Shown here: in pieces, positions 1 through 13,160 of the stretch
How positions within the stretch are numbered: the first letter of the stretch is position 1
How the letters are laid out: each line of letters starts with the position of its first letter
DNA from: the human T2T-CHM13v2.0 reference genome, Homo sapiens
Strand: one strand, 5' to 3'
Length of the DNA stretch: 64,000 bases
Assembly: GCF_009914755.1 (NCBI RefSeq)
Contig: NC_060933.1
Notes under the pieces: model-generated
Database searches by the model: none
Seen by the model: the letters and a program-made list of their open reading frames with translations, nothing else
What the model was told of the DNA's origin: nothing
Program-made: the position numbers and the translations under genes

Positions 1-559
1 TATTTTAATTATATATACTTTTTATACACCAAAAATAGTTACAAAGTAAAGAATTTGAAAACACACACACATACAGAAAGCAAAAAAGCAAAAATTAAAC
101 AATAAAATAAAGAATAGGGCTGTCGGTCCAACCAGTCCTTCTTTGTGGGAGGACCACGAGCTACTGAAAGGAAGACTAATTTAATAGAAAATTGTCCCTT
201 TGACACGTGCTGAAGACAGTAACCACCTGTCAGCCTGTGGTGTGCAGAAAGGGTGACCGTCTGTGCAGCAAAGGATCCAGGAGGGCTGTTAGGCTTCTAC
301 AGACCTGTATGCTGCTGCCTCTGGTTACTTCATTTTCTTTGCATGATGGTGAAATGACATCTCTGTAAATTTATTAAAAAGGTAACACTCAGGAAAAGAG
401 CAAGACTATCAGTCTTCTTTTAAACATTTTCTAATTTATTATCACAAATTTAACTTTTCAGAAAATCTCATACACTTTAATTTATTGAAGGGTAGAGTGG
501 CGTCATGGAGAGAAACTTAGACCTTCAAATGGCTCTTCCATTGTGGTGGATCTATAACT

Positions 560-862
560 GTTAGCCTAATCTGTTTCCGTCCAAGGTTGAAGATTCTGTC
601 TCCCCACAACATTCATGTTGGTCTTGCTTTGGCTAATGCAATATGAGTGGAATGACACATGCCATTTCTGGGCAGAAGTTTTAAAAGCAATTTGTGATTC
701 ACCCATTCTTTTTTCCCTCAGGTATAACTCTAGGCAGTGGTCCAGCATGGGGGTCTTATCCACCTGAGTCATAGAGTAGAGGTGATGATGATGAGAAAAC
801 ACACTTTATAATAAGCCTCTGAGATTTTGGAGAGAGTTTGTTATCGTGGCATGACAGCATTT
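560..862 (+). mobile_element. Old MaLR LTR (MLT1I/J-like)
   Basis: Resembles MLT1I/J: cttgctttggctaatgcaatatgagtgg...ttctgggcagaagttttaa, ending in ataagcctctgagattttgg...gtttgttat. Boundaries approximate. Confidence 0.55.
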
Positions 863-934
863 TGATGGCTACAGAAACACTAGCTTTGCCATAGCTGAGA
901 GACAGGGCAAGTCTTCTAATACTTACAATCATAA

Positions 935-1180
935 TAATTGTAATAATAGCATTAATCAGCCCTTTCTTTGTGGCAGGCATTGTATTCAGTGCTTTATATA
1001 CATGACCTCCTTTCTTCCTCATCACCATTTAATGGAATATTAATATCTATTCTATAAATGAGAAAACTGAGGCAGGGAGTTTAAGCAACCTGCTGAGTGT
1101 CACATGGCTATAGGGTGACGGAGCTAGAATTTGATCTTGGTCATGAGTGAGTCCAGAATCCAGGCTCTTGGGCAGTGTGC
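935..1180 (-). mobile_element. MIR SINE
   Basis: MIR core in reverse: aaatgagaaaactgaggcagggagtttaagcaacctg...gtcacatggcta...gagctagaatttga. Confidence 0.7.
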
Positions 1181-3294
1181 TGTGTTGTATTTCCTTATCA
1201 TCGCTCTGATTCTTAAACTTCTCATCTATAAAATGAGGCTAGAAATACCACCTCCACATCACTTTTTCTCCTCTTGATGCTGTTTTGAGGGAAGACCTAG
1301 ATGGAGAAAAGGCTTTCTGTTTTTTTCACTGCCTCCCAGAATAATGGAGGCAGAATCTAAAAGCAGATCCCAGAAGGCAGGTGTCTGTGGGACACTTAAA
1401 CCAATAGCGGGTTATCCTTGTTTGACCTTTTTTGAACATACATCAAAGCAAGCAATCAGTAGGATCTGATGGAACACCTGGCAGGATGCGATCAGCCCCA
1501 ATGACTCCAGAATGGCTGCTGTAAGCTGAAAGGCCAGGACAGAAGCTGTCCTCATGGCTCATTTATGACAAGTCCTTGAGGAAGGTGGCATGGTCTCAGT
1601 GTGGCTGGGGATGCCTGTGCCCAGAGAGACCCAAGAAACTTGTCTCCCATTATGGTCTGAATGAAAGCAGGAGGCATATGCGGAAGGCACTCCAGAAAAT
1701 CCAGCAAGCAGCCTGGTCCTGTTGGTTCATGAAACAGTAAGTGGACTGGAGACCATCATAACAAACCACAAACAGCCACAGAAATAATTTGGCACAGATT
1801 TTACTTAGATTGTTTAGATATCAGTTATTCTTTCCAAAACACTGGGAAATACACCACACTTGGAATTTTCACATCCCTAGGGAGAGAATTGAGAGGTCAC
1901 TATTTTTTCCCTTAGCAACTGTTTGTTTCTTCTAGTCTAACAGCATTTCTTCTCACAAAATTAGCCATTCCCCTGGTTCCCTAGTATAAAATTACCGTGG
2001 ATATATGCAGTTGGATCTACCCATAGTGTAACTGAATCAGTCCTTTGTAGAAGGATTGTATAATCATTTTGTGATTAATCCCACTTACCTTGGACTTTTT
2101 AGAAGGTGGTATTATTAGATTGGGTCTAAAGTTAGCAAAATTATCCACCTATCTAAACAATATCAAATGTGAGTGCATTTGTGTGTAGTGGTTGAGGGGA
2201 GGGAGATGGAGGTGGAGATGAGAGGATATAAATATATTGTAATTTTCATTGATCTTTTTATGGTGACTTGTACTCTTCCAAGTTAATATTCATTCCAGTT
2301 CCTTTGCAGAAGTATCAGAGTCACAAGCCAATGAAAATAAATAGAGAAGAAGGGGCTCAGGATGAAGGAAGCAGTGTGGCAAGGATCTTCAACTTTCTCC
2401 AAATAGTAATATAAGTGGTGATGGTTGTTGTTTCTCCTTCTTTTTATCCTCTTCTTCACCTTCTTATTTTTAAAAAGTTACATGTACATAATTTACATGG
2501 TAAAATTCTGACCTCAGGGGTTTAATGGATGGATACACAGTATCCATGCTATGAAGCAGAAAGTGGACTGACCTATGAGAGAGTTGGAAATAAGCTAAGT
2601 TCACTTTGGGGTCTTATAGCACCATGGGAGTTTCAGGGTTACTAATGTCCTGTGTGCAAATCACAGGCCAAAGACTGCATGAGAGAAGGTGACAAAATGG
2701 GATTGATGGATGACAGAGCCAAAGTCTCTGTTCAGACAACACTGTGTAAAAGAGGCTGCTTATGGGGATTTACCTCTTCCAGACACTATGATTGCAACCA
2801 CAGCTATCAGTTAGGCCTGTCCTGTTCAGGTTCCATCAAGTACTACCCATAGGGGTTATTTAAATTCCAGATTTCATAAATTGACAAGAAAAAATATTTG
2901 TTGAGAAAGTTCCTATATATAATGCACTAAACAGTTAACTTAAGCACTGGCCTATATACAGCTATAACTCCAAAGTAGGTTACTCCTTATTAAGAGTAAC
3001 CAAGGAGGATGTCTCTACACTGCTCTCTCTGCATCCTCCTCTCCATGGAAGTCCTGGCTTCCAATGGTGTCTTGATTTGTTTTTTGGTTTTATGCTAGTT
3101 CAAATTGGTCCATGTGATACTAGTCGCTTCCTTGGTTCGGAACAGCAATACTCATTCACTACAGATAATTCTGTCTCTACTTTGATATTTTGACGAGATT
3201 TAAAAAGTAAACGTTTTATCACATCACATTAATCTTTTATATTTCATCCATAACTCATCACTTTCTCAAATTCTAAATTTATTACACCCTAAAT

Positions 3295-3385
3295 TTCAGC
3301 TCCATAAAAGCAGGACTTGTTATCTTGTATCCCCACTACCCAGCACCTGGCACATTGTGGGCACTCAGTAAATATGTGTTGACTA
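3295..3385 (+). mobile_element. L2 3' end fragment
   Basis: gtatcccc...cccagcacctggcacattgtgggcactcagtaaatatgtgttga, typical of the L2 terminus. Confidence 0.55.
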
Positions 3386-3754
3386 GATAAGTGTATTTGT
3401 GTGGATTTAGCTATTTTTGTTCGTTTGATATTGCACAAATCTGTGCAAATTAGGATTTCTGAGTGTGCAGCATTCTTCTAATTTTGTATGTTCAAATATC
3501 TTCCGAAAATGTGTTCTTCTCTGTGCCTCTCTGTGGGAGAGTTTTTATATTTCTCTGATTTTTGGTAGGAGGAGGATAACTTCTGTGTTGAGCACTCATA
3601 AAGAGGCTTCCCGCTGTTTAGATGTTGTATAATTCCTCTCCTAGTACTTCCTGTGCTACGTCATTAAATGTTTAGCCTTGGCTACACAGTTGGATTCTTT
3701 CAGTGACTCTTTGAAGTTATGTGGTTTAGTCCGTTAATTCCTTCTAGACAGAGT

Positions 3755-3875
3755 AGATTACAGAGCCAGGCTGCCTACTCTGCCACTAACCAACATCTAG
3801 GTAAGCTGAGCAAGTTATCAAACTTCGTTGTGCCTTGTTTTTCTCATATTTAAACTGGGGATAGTAATAGTAACA
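3755..3875 (+). mobile_element. MIR fragment
   Basis: agagccaggctgcc...ctctgccactaac...gcaagttatcaaacttc...ttctcatatttaaactggggatagtaatagta. Confidence 0.6.
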
Positions 3876-3939
3876 ATAATTGAAATTGGTTGGGCCCGGC
3901 CCTTTTATAAGCATTTTGCATGTAATAGACTTTAATGTT

Positions 3940-4343
3940 TGTCTGAGTCTGTTTTGTGTTGCTGTAATAGAATACCATAGACTAGTAATTTATAATGAGC
4001 AGAAATTTATTGGCTTACAGTTCTGGAGACTGGGAAGTCCAATATGAAAGTGTTGTGATCTTATGAGGGGCTTCTTATGCATCATAGTATAGTGGAAAGT
4101 ACCAGTTGGAGGAAGGGCCAACAGAGAGAGAGAGCGCGCACGCTTGAGAGACAGAGCGAGAGTGAAAGAGCGCCTGCGCAAGAGGAGGTGAACTCACTCC
4201 CTCAATCATGGCATTAGTTTGTTCTAAGGGTGGAGCCCTCATGGCCTAATTGCGTCTTAAAGCTTTGTCTCATCTCTTAACACTTACAATGGGAATTAAA
4301 TTTCAGCGTGAATCTTGGAGTGGACAAATATTCAAGTATAGCA
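3940..4343 (-). mobile_element. MaLR solo LTR (MSTD-like) inserted into a MIR
   Basis: TG...CA termini (tgtctgagtc...aagtatagca), MST-type body, near-matching 5-bp TSD atgtt (3935-3939) / atgta (4344-4348); reverse MIR sequence continues on both sides (about 3890-3939 and 4349-4510). Confidence 0.8.
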
Positions 4344-4849
4344 ATGTACTAAAATAATCCCATGAAGTAGGTGCTATTATTGTCCTCATTTTATAGATAA
4401 GGAAATTGAAGTACAGAAAGGTTAGCTTCAGCCAAGTTCTCATAGATAGTAAGTGATAGAATTCTAATCTATGGAGCTAGACTCCAAGCTAGTGATTTTA
4501 GGCACTACTATCCTAATCGAGGGATTATAAAGAGTACAAGAGATAATAAATATAAAGTGCATGGCAGAGTGCCTGTACCAGTCAGCATCTATAGATGTCA
4601 ATTAGCTTTTGCTAATAACTAATTTCCCTTTGTTACAAATTCAAAGAAGTTCTGAAGATCACAACCACGTTTTGAAGACTGCAAAGGAACACAGTGAAAG
4701 AGGACAAAATGGAATAAGGTTATTTTAATTGGAAGTTGAATCCTGAGTAGGAAGTAGAAAAAGATCTAAACAAATCCAGTTGTTACAAATAAAGAAGCAA
4801 GAAGCTTAAGACCTTTGATTAAGGTTAACTTTGAGAAGAGTCTATAGAG

Positions 4850-5039
4850 CAGGGCTGTTCAATCTTTTGGCTTCCATGGGCCACATACAAAATATACTAA
4901 TACTAATGACAGCTGATGAGCTTAAAAATATTGCCAAAAAAACCTCAGGTTTTAAGAAAATTTATGAATTTGTGTTGGGCCACATTCAAAGCTGTCCTGG
5001 GCTGCATGTGGCCTTCAGGCAGTGGTTTGGACAAGCTTG
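4850..5039 (+). mobile_element. MER30 hAT-Charlie non-autonomous DNA transposon
   Basis: cagggctgttcaatcttttggcttcc...ggtttggacaagcttg; perfect 8-bp TSD ctatagag at 4842-4849 and 5040-5047. Confidence 0.85.
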
Positions 5040-5476
5040 CTATAGAGGCACTGGGAGTTCTGCACATAATACCAATGAAGGAAGGAGGAGAGTACATGAA
5101 AATAGGGGAGTGATACCAGTCACTGATTCAAATATACCAGCTATGGGAAGAGGAGATCTCCATAACAGATGTACCACGTGGATGGGAGTAGTGTCAGGAA
5201 GGGGAGTTGGTTCCAATCTCTGAAGAGAAAATCTCTATGGTTTGTTATCCTCTATGTGTTTATTGTATCCTGCAGGGAAGTAAGGTCTTTGAAATTCCAG
5301 CAGGAAGGTAATGGAGGTGACTTCCTTAGGAGAGAGTTAAGCTACTGGCATTTGGCCCTTTTGCCAAACTCAAATACATTTAAAGAGTAATAGGGCCCTT
5401 CCCATTTATTAGGAAAATTGTATCTTTAGGTCACATTATAGCACATTGCTGAGAAGATTGAGAGATCTGGGAGATA

Positions 5477-5477
<1 letters not shown>

Positions 5478-5524
<47 letters not shown>
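5478..5524. repeat. (CA)n microsatellite, about 23 units
   Basis: Uninterrupted CA run seen directly. Confidence 0.97.
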
Positions 5525-5525
<1 letters not shown>

Positions 5526-5933
5526 ATACAAAATAATTTCAAGACTTGATTTAAGAACATGGAAATGAAGATATCACACCTGATATAAGACACTGGAGAG
5601 CTAGAACATTTTTAGGAAAGGTGAGAAAGTTAACAACGTCTAAACACCCAAAAGAAAAACTACCTAAGAAATATGAAGTAAAAGAGAAGTGGTGTTTAGG
5701 TTTGGGAGATGGGATGGGAAGGCATCAAAATGCTTTTCTTTGCAATTTCACGCCATCACACCACTCCTCAGGAGACTAGAATCTTCCCTGGGCAAACATT
5801 TCATCCAAGCTTGTCTAGTTCTTAGAGGGAAGTGTGCTATGATAAAAAACAGGTGGTCAGGGTGGCCATGACAAAGCTAGGGGTGAGGTACAACCCCCTA
5901 TCTTTTATTTAGACCCAGCAGGCAGATGAGATA

Positions 5934-6124
5934 AAGGCTTCTCCAACTTTGATGTGCATGTGAATCACATGAGGATCTTGTTAAAATGTAGATTCCGATT
6001 TATTCCATATGTGTGATGGGGATGGAGGGTGATCTCCGGAGGGACCTGAAATTCTACATTTCTAATAAGCAGCCAGGTGATGCAGGAGATGCTGGTCCAT
6101 GGACCATACTTTGAGTAGCAAGGG
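5934..6124. mobile_element. MER5-family hAT-Charlie element
   Basis: ttctccaactttg...gaatcacatgaggatcttgttaaaatgtagattc...catttctaataagc...ggtccatggaccatactttgagtagcaagg. Confidence 0.75.
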
Positions 6125-6511
6125 TAGACCATATGATAGCAATGGTGACAATTGAGAAAATATGTGCAAATTTGGAGAGATCTAAGGAGACTTAGGAATG
6201 TGTGTACATGAGAGAGAGAGAGACATAGTTGGTGAACTCCTTTCAGGGCAGCTTTGGGATTTTAATGAGACAAAACAAATAGGAAGGGGGACAGGAAGAG
6301 TGGGAACATGGTAGCAATCAGAGAGTGAGACCAGTGCTCCAAGCTTTAGAGTCTCTATGCTCCCTCCTTACTGGACACCCTTCCAGCATTCTCTGTTCTT
6401 TCTCATTTCATGGATGTGTACAGCTCCTTCCATTTCCTTAAAATTTTCTTACCTTCACCATTCAGGAAAGACTTCTCTACCAGCTAATATCTTCATCAAA
6501 TGTTCATATAG

Positions 6512-6820
<309 letters not shown>

Positions 6821-7754
6821 TTATTAATCTTTTTACACTTATAAATGTTATCATTTTTCAAGTGCAGGAGTTGGGTCTGTTTTATTCTTTCCAGTCTCTT
6901 TAGCACCTAACTCAACACAGAGCCTGGCTAGTCTAGTAGGTGATCGATGAACATTTTAAGTGAACAGATGAAATAGTGTGAATGATCGCATGCCTTGGGC
7001 CTTTCAAACCATATGTATTGCCAGTTGTTTTGAAAAATCCAGCCCCAGAGCCATCAGAAAAAAGTATTAACAGGATGAGTTGAGGGGAAAAGGAAAAGGA
7101 AGCAATAAGTTGATACAATTAGTCAAATGTAAGCAATTTAAAAAGGACAGAAACAGACATTCATCCAAAATATATAAGACAAAACCAACAGATAATATGA
7201 ATAATATCATTTTCTTAAGCACCCGGTATATGATCATAATATATGTGATCTTATCTTACTGAATCCTCATAAAAATACTGTATTAGGTGGTTTAAAATGT
7301 GCATTTAAAATTCAAGAATGGGTATTAGGTGGTGGAAACCATGGCCTGTAGTGGGTAATAATTTGCCCAGGTCACTTAGCAAGGAAGTTGTGAAGACGAA
7401 CCAGATTCAGAAGCTGAGTATAGATGCCTTGGAAACTTGGTCTTGTGATCTGCCATCAATGTGGCACCCAATGTCCAAAGCTGGCCTTCCCCAGCAGCCT
7501 GGGAGCCCCATGAGGTGGGGTTCCTGCTCCATTCTTGGCTGTGTCCCCAACACTCAGCATATTTTTTCACATAATATGACCTCAAAAGTAATTGTTGAAT
7601 AAACTATTGGTCAGGCCAACTGGCAATTAGTTCCCCTTTCTATTTATTGCATTATGTAGCCTGTAGAATATTAACAAGAAGTTTTGCCAAAAGACTTGTG
7701 TCTCCTTGCTGGGCCTTGATATATGTTTCTGAAAGCTCCTGTTTGAGGTTAGAA

Positions 7755-7982
7755 CAATGTTTCTCAACCTTTTTTCATTATCCCTTCTACCACCCAAAGA
7801 GTGTTTTGAAATTTATTTTTCTTAAAAGCCTCTCCCATGAAATTTTAATGCCACAGTTATACTGTAAATCTCTTATGTATTGTATATATTTCTGTGTCTA
7901 ATACATATAAGATTTTTTTTGCCTCCTTCCAAGAACCAATTTCACCCCCTTGGGAGTGATGTTGCCCTGTTAAGAATGCATG
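7755..7982 (+). mobile_element. MER112-like hAT-Charlie element
   Basis: caatgtttctcaacctttttt...ccaagaaccaatttcaccccct...taagaatgcatg; 8-bp TSD ggttagaa (7747-7754) / ggttagag (7983-7990). Confidence 0.7.
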
Positions 7983-9226
7983 GGTTAGAGGGATGCACAT
8001 CATAAGTAAAACTGTGAAAGCAGTTAAAATGTTCTGTGTTCACTTAATAGAGATCCAGTGATGCAGGAGAGATTGCCAATTTTCTCCCAATATACATTCT
8101 CTTCTTCTTAAGTAACCAGTTGCAGAGAGTTATCTAAGCACATCACCATCAAAAAAAGGGGCTATATTTCCTAGCCTCCCTGGACATCTTTCTTTCAGCT
8201 GGCTGGTCACAATGACACTGAGCTGAATAATTACATCTCTTAGCCTCCCTGATAGACTCCCTTTGGCCAACTGACCAAATTATAGCCAATGAGTTATAAG
8301 CAGTGAAAGAGCAATAAATGTCTGTATTAAGCTACTATATTTTGAAAGTCTGTTACACACAGCTGAACCTAATACCAACTGATACAAATCTTATTTTCAT
8401 TAGATCTTAAATTAATTTCTAATTGTATGCAATAAATACACATTAATTTAACCTAAATTATTAATTATATAATAATACAATGATTAATTGTATTAATTGT
8501 ATGTAATTATTTTACATTTATCAGACCTCACACTCTATAGATTCTTTAGGATTTCTTCCTATGCTCTACTTTTCTATCAACCACCATAATTGTAATGAGT
8601 TGCATTAAATGCTTGTATAGATGTGGAGACCAAAAAGTAATGACACGTTGTATGTATAATACTTCCTACAAAACATGGTGACTATAACAAAAGTCCACTA
8701 ATTTTGAACTTGGCATAAGTTATGACTTGAGTTCATAAGTTTAAAATTAAGTCTGTGTGTAATTGAATTTTGAGTAAGGGGGCTTCTCAATTAGGGAATG
8801 ATGATTGAATACTGGAATAATCAGGAGAGAGTTGGAAGAAAGAAATCAGAGAAAAAAATGATAAAATTCAATAAAATCAGAAATGATGCAAATTATTCTT
8901 TAGACTCATTTAGAGAAGAACGAAGAAGAGACAAAGCAAGGAAATATTTGAGAATTCACTCTGGGTTGCTATTGATTAGCAGGGAAAATAAAGGCCTAAA
9001 GGTTAAAGTAACTGTCAGAAGAAAAGTCCAAGAACGTAAGCCCTTAAGGAGAGTATGGATCCTAGCCATAGTCGGGCTGTTGCTGATTGGGGTTAGGCAT
9101 TTTCCCACTGCCACAGGAAAGCCTCTGGAAGACTTGTCATCTGCAAGCTTGGTACAAAAGCCATCAATTATTTAGCTTAAGAATGAAGGGTAAGAGGTGA
9201 CATCTGGAATTGACTTTAAGTGTATT

Positions 9227-9231
<5 letters not shown>

Positions 9232-9266
<35 letters not shown>
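9232..9266. repeat. (TG)n microsatellite
   Basis: Pure TG run seen directly. Confidence 0.97.
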
Positions 9267-9269
<3 letters not shown>

Positions 9270-9554
9270 GGAATTTGATTGCAAAGCTTTTTAAAGTGGT
9301 AACCAGTGGAATGATTCACAATGAAATACAAAATTGGGCAATAAAATTATAGACCCCTTAGAGATTTGAAAATACATTACAAAACACAGAAAGACAAAGG
9401 CAGAGTTCGGTTGTTTTGTGAAGCTGGATCAAGAGAAAACATTTGACAGGATGGAGAGTTTTGCTTAATATAAAATTATATAAACACACAGATTCTCCTC
9501 CCAAGTCATGAGTCATGCAAAAAAAAATTTAATACATGTTATATGGAATGTCTG

Positions 9555-9990
9555 CATGGCAGACATGGTTTGTGTCTAACCAATAGCCATTTTTCTCTAC
9601 TTTCTTGTTACCAAATCCACATTTTGGTCAGAGAGGCAAAGTGCCCTTACCCCAAAGATTGAATCAGCCTTGGTCTAAGTCAGTCATGGAGTCTCCTTTC
9701 TTTTGTACCAGATTTTCACTTTCCCAGCCACCCTTGCAGTTGGGTGGTCATGTGACTCAGTTCTGACCAATGACCTATCATTAGAAGTCTGCTAGGCAGT
9801 ACCTGGGGAAGATTTTCCTGCTTTGATAAAAGTGCAATTATCTGCAAGGAAAAAATTTGTTTCCCTTGCCCATTTTGCCTTATTTGAGATGCTGACTAGA
9901 TCTGTATAGCTCAATTTGTGACCTTGACATGACACATAAGATAAAAAGCTTATAGATGGAGGTAGATGAAGCATAATTATGGAAAAAGCC
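9555..9990 (+). mobile_element. Old ERVL LTR (LTR33-like)
   Basis: ttggtctaagtcagtcatgg...ttcccagccacccttgcagttgggtggtcatgtgactcagttctgaccaatga...agaagtctgctagg. Confidence 0.45.
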
Positions 9991-10774
9991 TCAGTTTTTT
10001 TTTTTGGTTGTTTTTTAGACTGAATTTTTGAAGATATTATTCAGTTGCTAAATTGCCCTCATGGTGATCATGGACAAGATGTTATAGGCTTGATGATGCA
10101 TGAGGAATAGTACACAGAAATAACTAGTGAGTTAAGAATCTCTTTATATGATAGTAGAACAGGCCATTTTGTGCTGGCATTGCCCTCTCTGTCAGCTAAG
10201 TGGTATCAAAGGCAGTGAGCATGCAGTTCTGAACTTCCCTGACTTAGTGAATTCCTTGTGTTGCCACTATCATTTGACATCAAATTTGGGCACATTCTTG
10301 AGAAATAGGGAGGGCATCAGAGAATCGCTAAATTGTATTGCTAAGGTATAATACATTATTTTTTGCCAGTTGGTAGTAAGTGAAGCGGGTAGTAAAATAA
10401 AAGTACTTTAATTCTGAATTGTTCTCATCAATGTTTGAACCTATATTGTCTTTGGAATCTTGCCTAATTCAAACATCCTCATGGTTTAAGCCTCTGACAG
10501 CTGGGTTGTCTGTTACTTGTAGCCAAAAGCATTCCTACTGAATGCCAACACAAATCCAACAAATATTGGGTGAATTGTAAAGGAGAAAAGGGGCCATTGG
10601 AGGGGGATGGTCAGTGTCTGGGCAGTATCATCTTTTATGCTGATGACATTCAAATGAAACATTACACAAATGAACAAGAGTTCTGAATGATGTATAGATA
10701 GAGGAGAAGATACTGTATAGACTCTGAACCCAGTGCCAGCCAAGTCCAGACAGTAGAACTGGTAGAAGTTCAAT

Positions 10775-10990
10775 ATAGCAGCACAAGAGAGTTGGAAGAC
10801 CTGAGTTTAAAAATTATCTCCAGTACCTACTAGCTGAGTAGATATATCACCTCACTTAGCTCAAGGCTACTTGTTTGTAAAAGTAAAGAATAACAACTTC
10901 ACAGGATCATTGTGAGATAATTTGAGATGGCTTATAATAAGTTTATGTTGCCCAGTATGCACTAGATTCTGAGTGATAAAATGTGAATAA
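10775..10990 (+). mobile_element. MIR SINE
   Basis: gagttggaagacctgagttt...cctactagctgagt...gtttgtaaaagtaaagaataacaacttcacaggatcattgtgagataat. Confidence 0.6.
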
Positions 10991-11353
10991 TAAGTTGTTT
11001 TCAGATTGTGATGAGTACAGAAAACTCTTGTAGCTTTTAAAAAAGTCACTGAAACATCTTTGGAGCTATGTTTTATAGGAAAGAATTGGACTAGATATTT
11101 TCTTTTTGTTCTAGATTTACATGTCTATTTCTACATATATAGGAATAAATTAAGTAGGGAAGGGAATTAGAAAAATATGAAGAGAGTGAAAGCCTATGGA
11201 AGACTGGTCCTTTAAATAGGAAGAAGGTTGTAGGCAAATCCCATCTTTGTGTCCTCCTTTGAGCCCCACAGAGCAAGGCTGTGCTCCCATCTCCCAATTT
11301 TTTTCAAAGAAGAAGAATCACAGAGGAGATTCCTAAGGTAACTAGAAGGAAGG

Positions 11354-12686
11354 TGTATTAGTCTATTCTTGCACTGCTATAACAACATACCCAGGACTGG
11401 GTAATTTATAAAGAGTACAATTTAATCGACCCACAGTTCCATAGGCTGTACAGTACGCATGGCTAGAGAGGCCTCAGGAAACTTACAATCATGGCGAAAG
11501 ATGAAGAGAAAGGAGGCACATCCTGCATAGCTGGAGCAGGAGGAAGATTGGGAGCAAAGGAGAGGAAGTGCTACAAACTTTCAAAAGACCACATCTCATG
11601 AGAACTCTATCACAAAACAGCACTAGGGGGATGGCGCTAAGCCATTAGAACCCACCCCCATGATTTAGTCACCTCCCACCAGGCCCCTCCTCCAACACTG
11701 GGGATTACAATTCAAAATGAGATTTAGGTGGGGACACAGAGCTAAACCATATCATTCCACCCCAGCCCCTCCAAAATCTCATGTCCTTCTCACATTTCAA
11801 AATACAATCATGCCTTCCCAACAGTCCCCCAAAGTCTTAAGTCATTCCAGCATTAACTCAAAAGTCTAAGCCTCACCTGAGACAAGGCAAGTCCCTTCCA
11901 CAGATAGCCTATAAAATAAAAAACAAGTTTATTATGTCTAAAAGATACAATGGGGGTGTAGGCATTAGGTAAATACAGCAGAGGCACACCGCTGCCAGTC
12001 TCTTTGCAAAAGCATAGCAAGAATGATCTTTACTCTAGTTCCCAATAAGTTCCTTGTCTCCATTGATACCTTCTCAGCCTGGACTTCACTGTCCATATCA
12101 CTATCAATATTTTGGTCACAGCCATTCAACAAGTCTCTAGGAAGTTCTAAACTTTCCCTCATCTTCCTGTCCTGTCTTCTTCTGAGCTCTCCAGACTCTT
12201 CCAACCTCTGCCCTTTACCCAGTTCCAAAGTCACTTCCACATTTTCATGTATCTTTAGAGCAATGCTCCACTCTCAGTACCAATTTTCTGTATTAGTTTA
12301 TTCTTGCACTGCTATAAAAAACTATTTGTTACTGGGTAATTTATAAAGAAAAGAGGCTTAATTATGCTCACACTTCTGCAGGCTGTACAGGCTTCTGCTT
12401 CTGGGGAGGCCTCAGGAAACCTACAATCATGGCAGACAGCAAAGCAGAAGCAGACATATATTCACATACCTGGCAGGAGAGAGAGAGAGTGAAGGGGGAG
12501 GTGCTATATACTTTCAAACAACCAGATCTCGTGAGAACTCTATCACAAAACAGCACTGGGGGATGGTGCTAAACCATTAGAAACCACCCCCACAATTCAA
12601 TCACTGTCCACCAAGCCTCTCCTCCAACACTGGCGATTACAATTCGACATGAGATTTGGGTAGGGACACAGAGCCAAACTATATTC
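11354..12686 (-). mobile_element. MSTA-type MaLR provirus: LTR 11354-11754, internally deleted int 11755-12288, LTR 12289-12686
   Basis: Two MST LTRs, both starting tgtattagt on the + strand, flank both recognisable ends of the MST internal sequence (ttccaccccagcccctcc... and ...cagtaccaattttc). Internal part only about 535 bp. Confidence 0.88.
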
Positions 12687-13160
12687 CAAGTGTTGGGGCC
12701 GTGGCTCATACTCTAAGTCTCCTTCACATCTAGTTGATGCATTAATTTATATACACAGCTGTCTCACCACCAGGCAAAGAGGAATTGAGATGCAATTTTA
12801 AATCTCTTCTGGGCCATGATGCTATCAATTGTTGTGACTCTGTATGTGGCTATTTTGATACCTGTAATTTAGATACCACCAGGTATAGTGGGAACTAGTA
12901 GAAACTTTAGGGAAATGAGGTGAGCAAGGTAAATTGGGGCATAAAATCACATCTAGGCAAATTTTGGATGAGGATGTGATTAGAAGTGTAAGTGAGGAAT
13001 GTAAAGAACAGAGCAATATTATAGCCTCAGAGTGGGGGGCTATGGGAGACAATGAGAAGTGGGGTTAGGGGGGATTTTATGAATCTTTATGGATGAGTGG
13101 CTAGTATAAATAATGTGCATGGATAATTTCACTCCAAATTATGAAAACATACATTTTCTT

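Noticed and set aside
9506-9516. AP-1 sites TGAGTCA (also near 21399 and 54596)
   Set aside because: Several 7-mers are expected by chance in 64 kb; no supporting context
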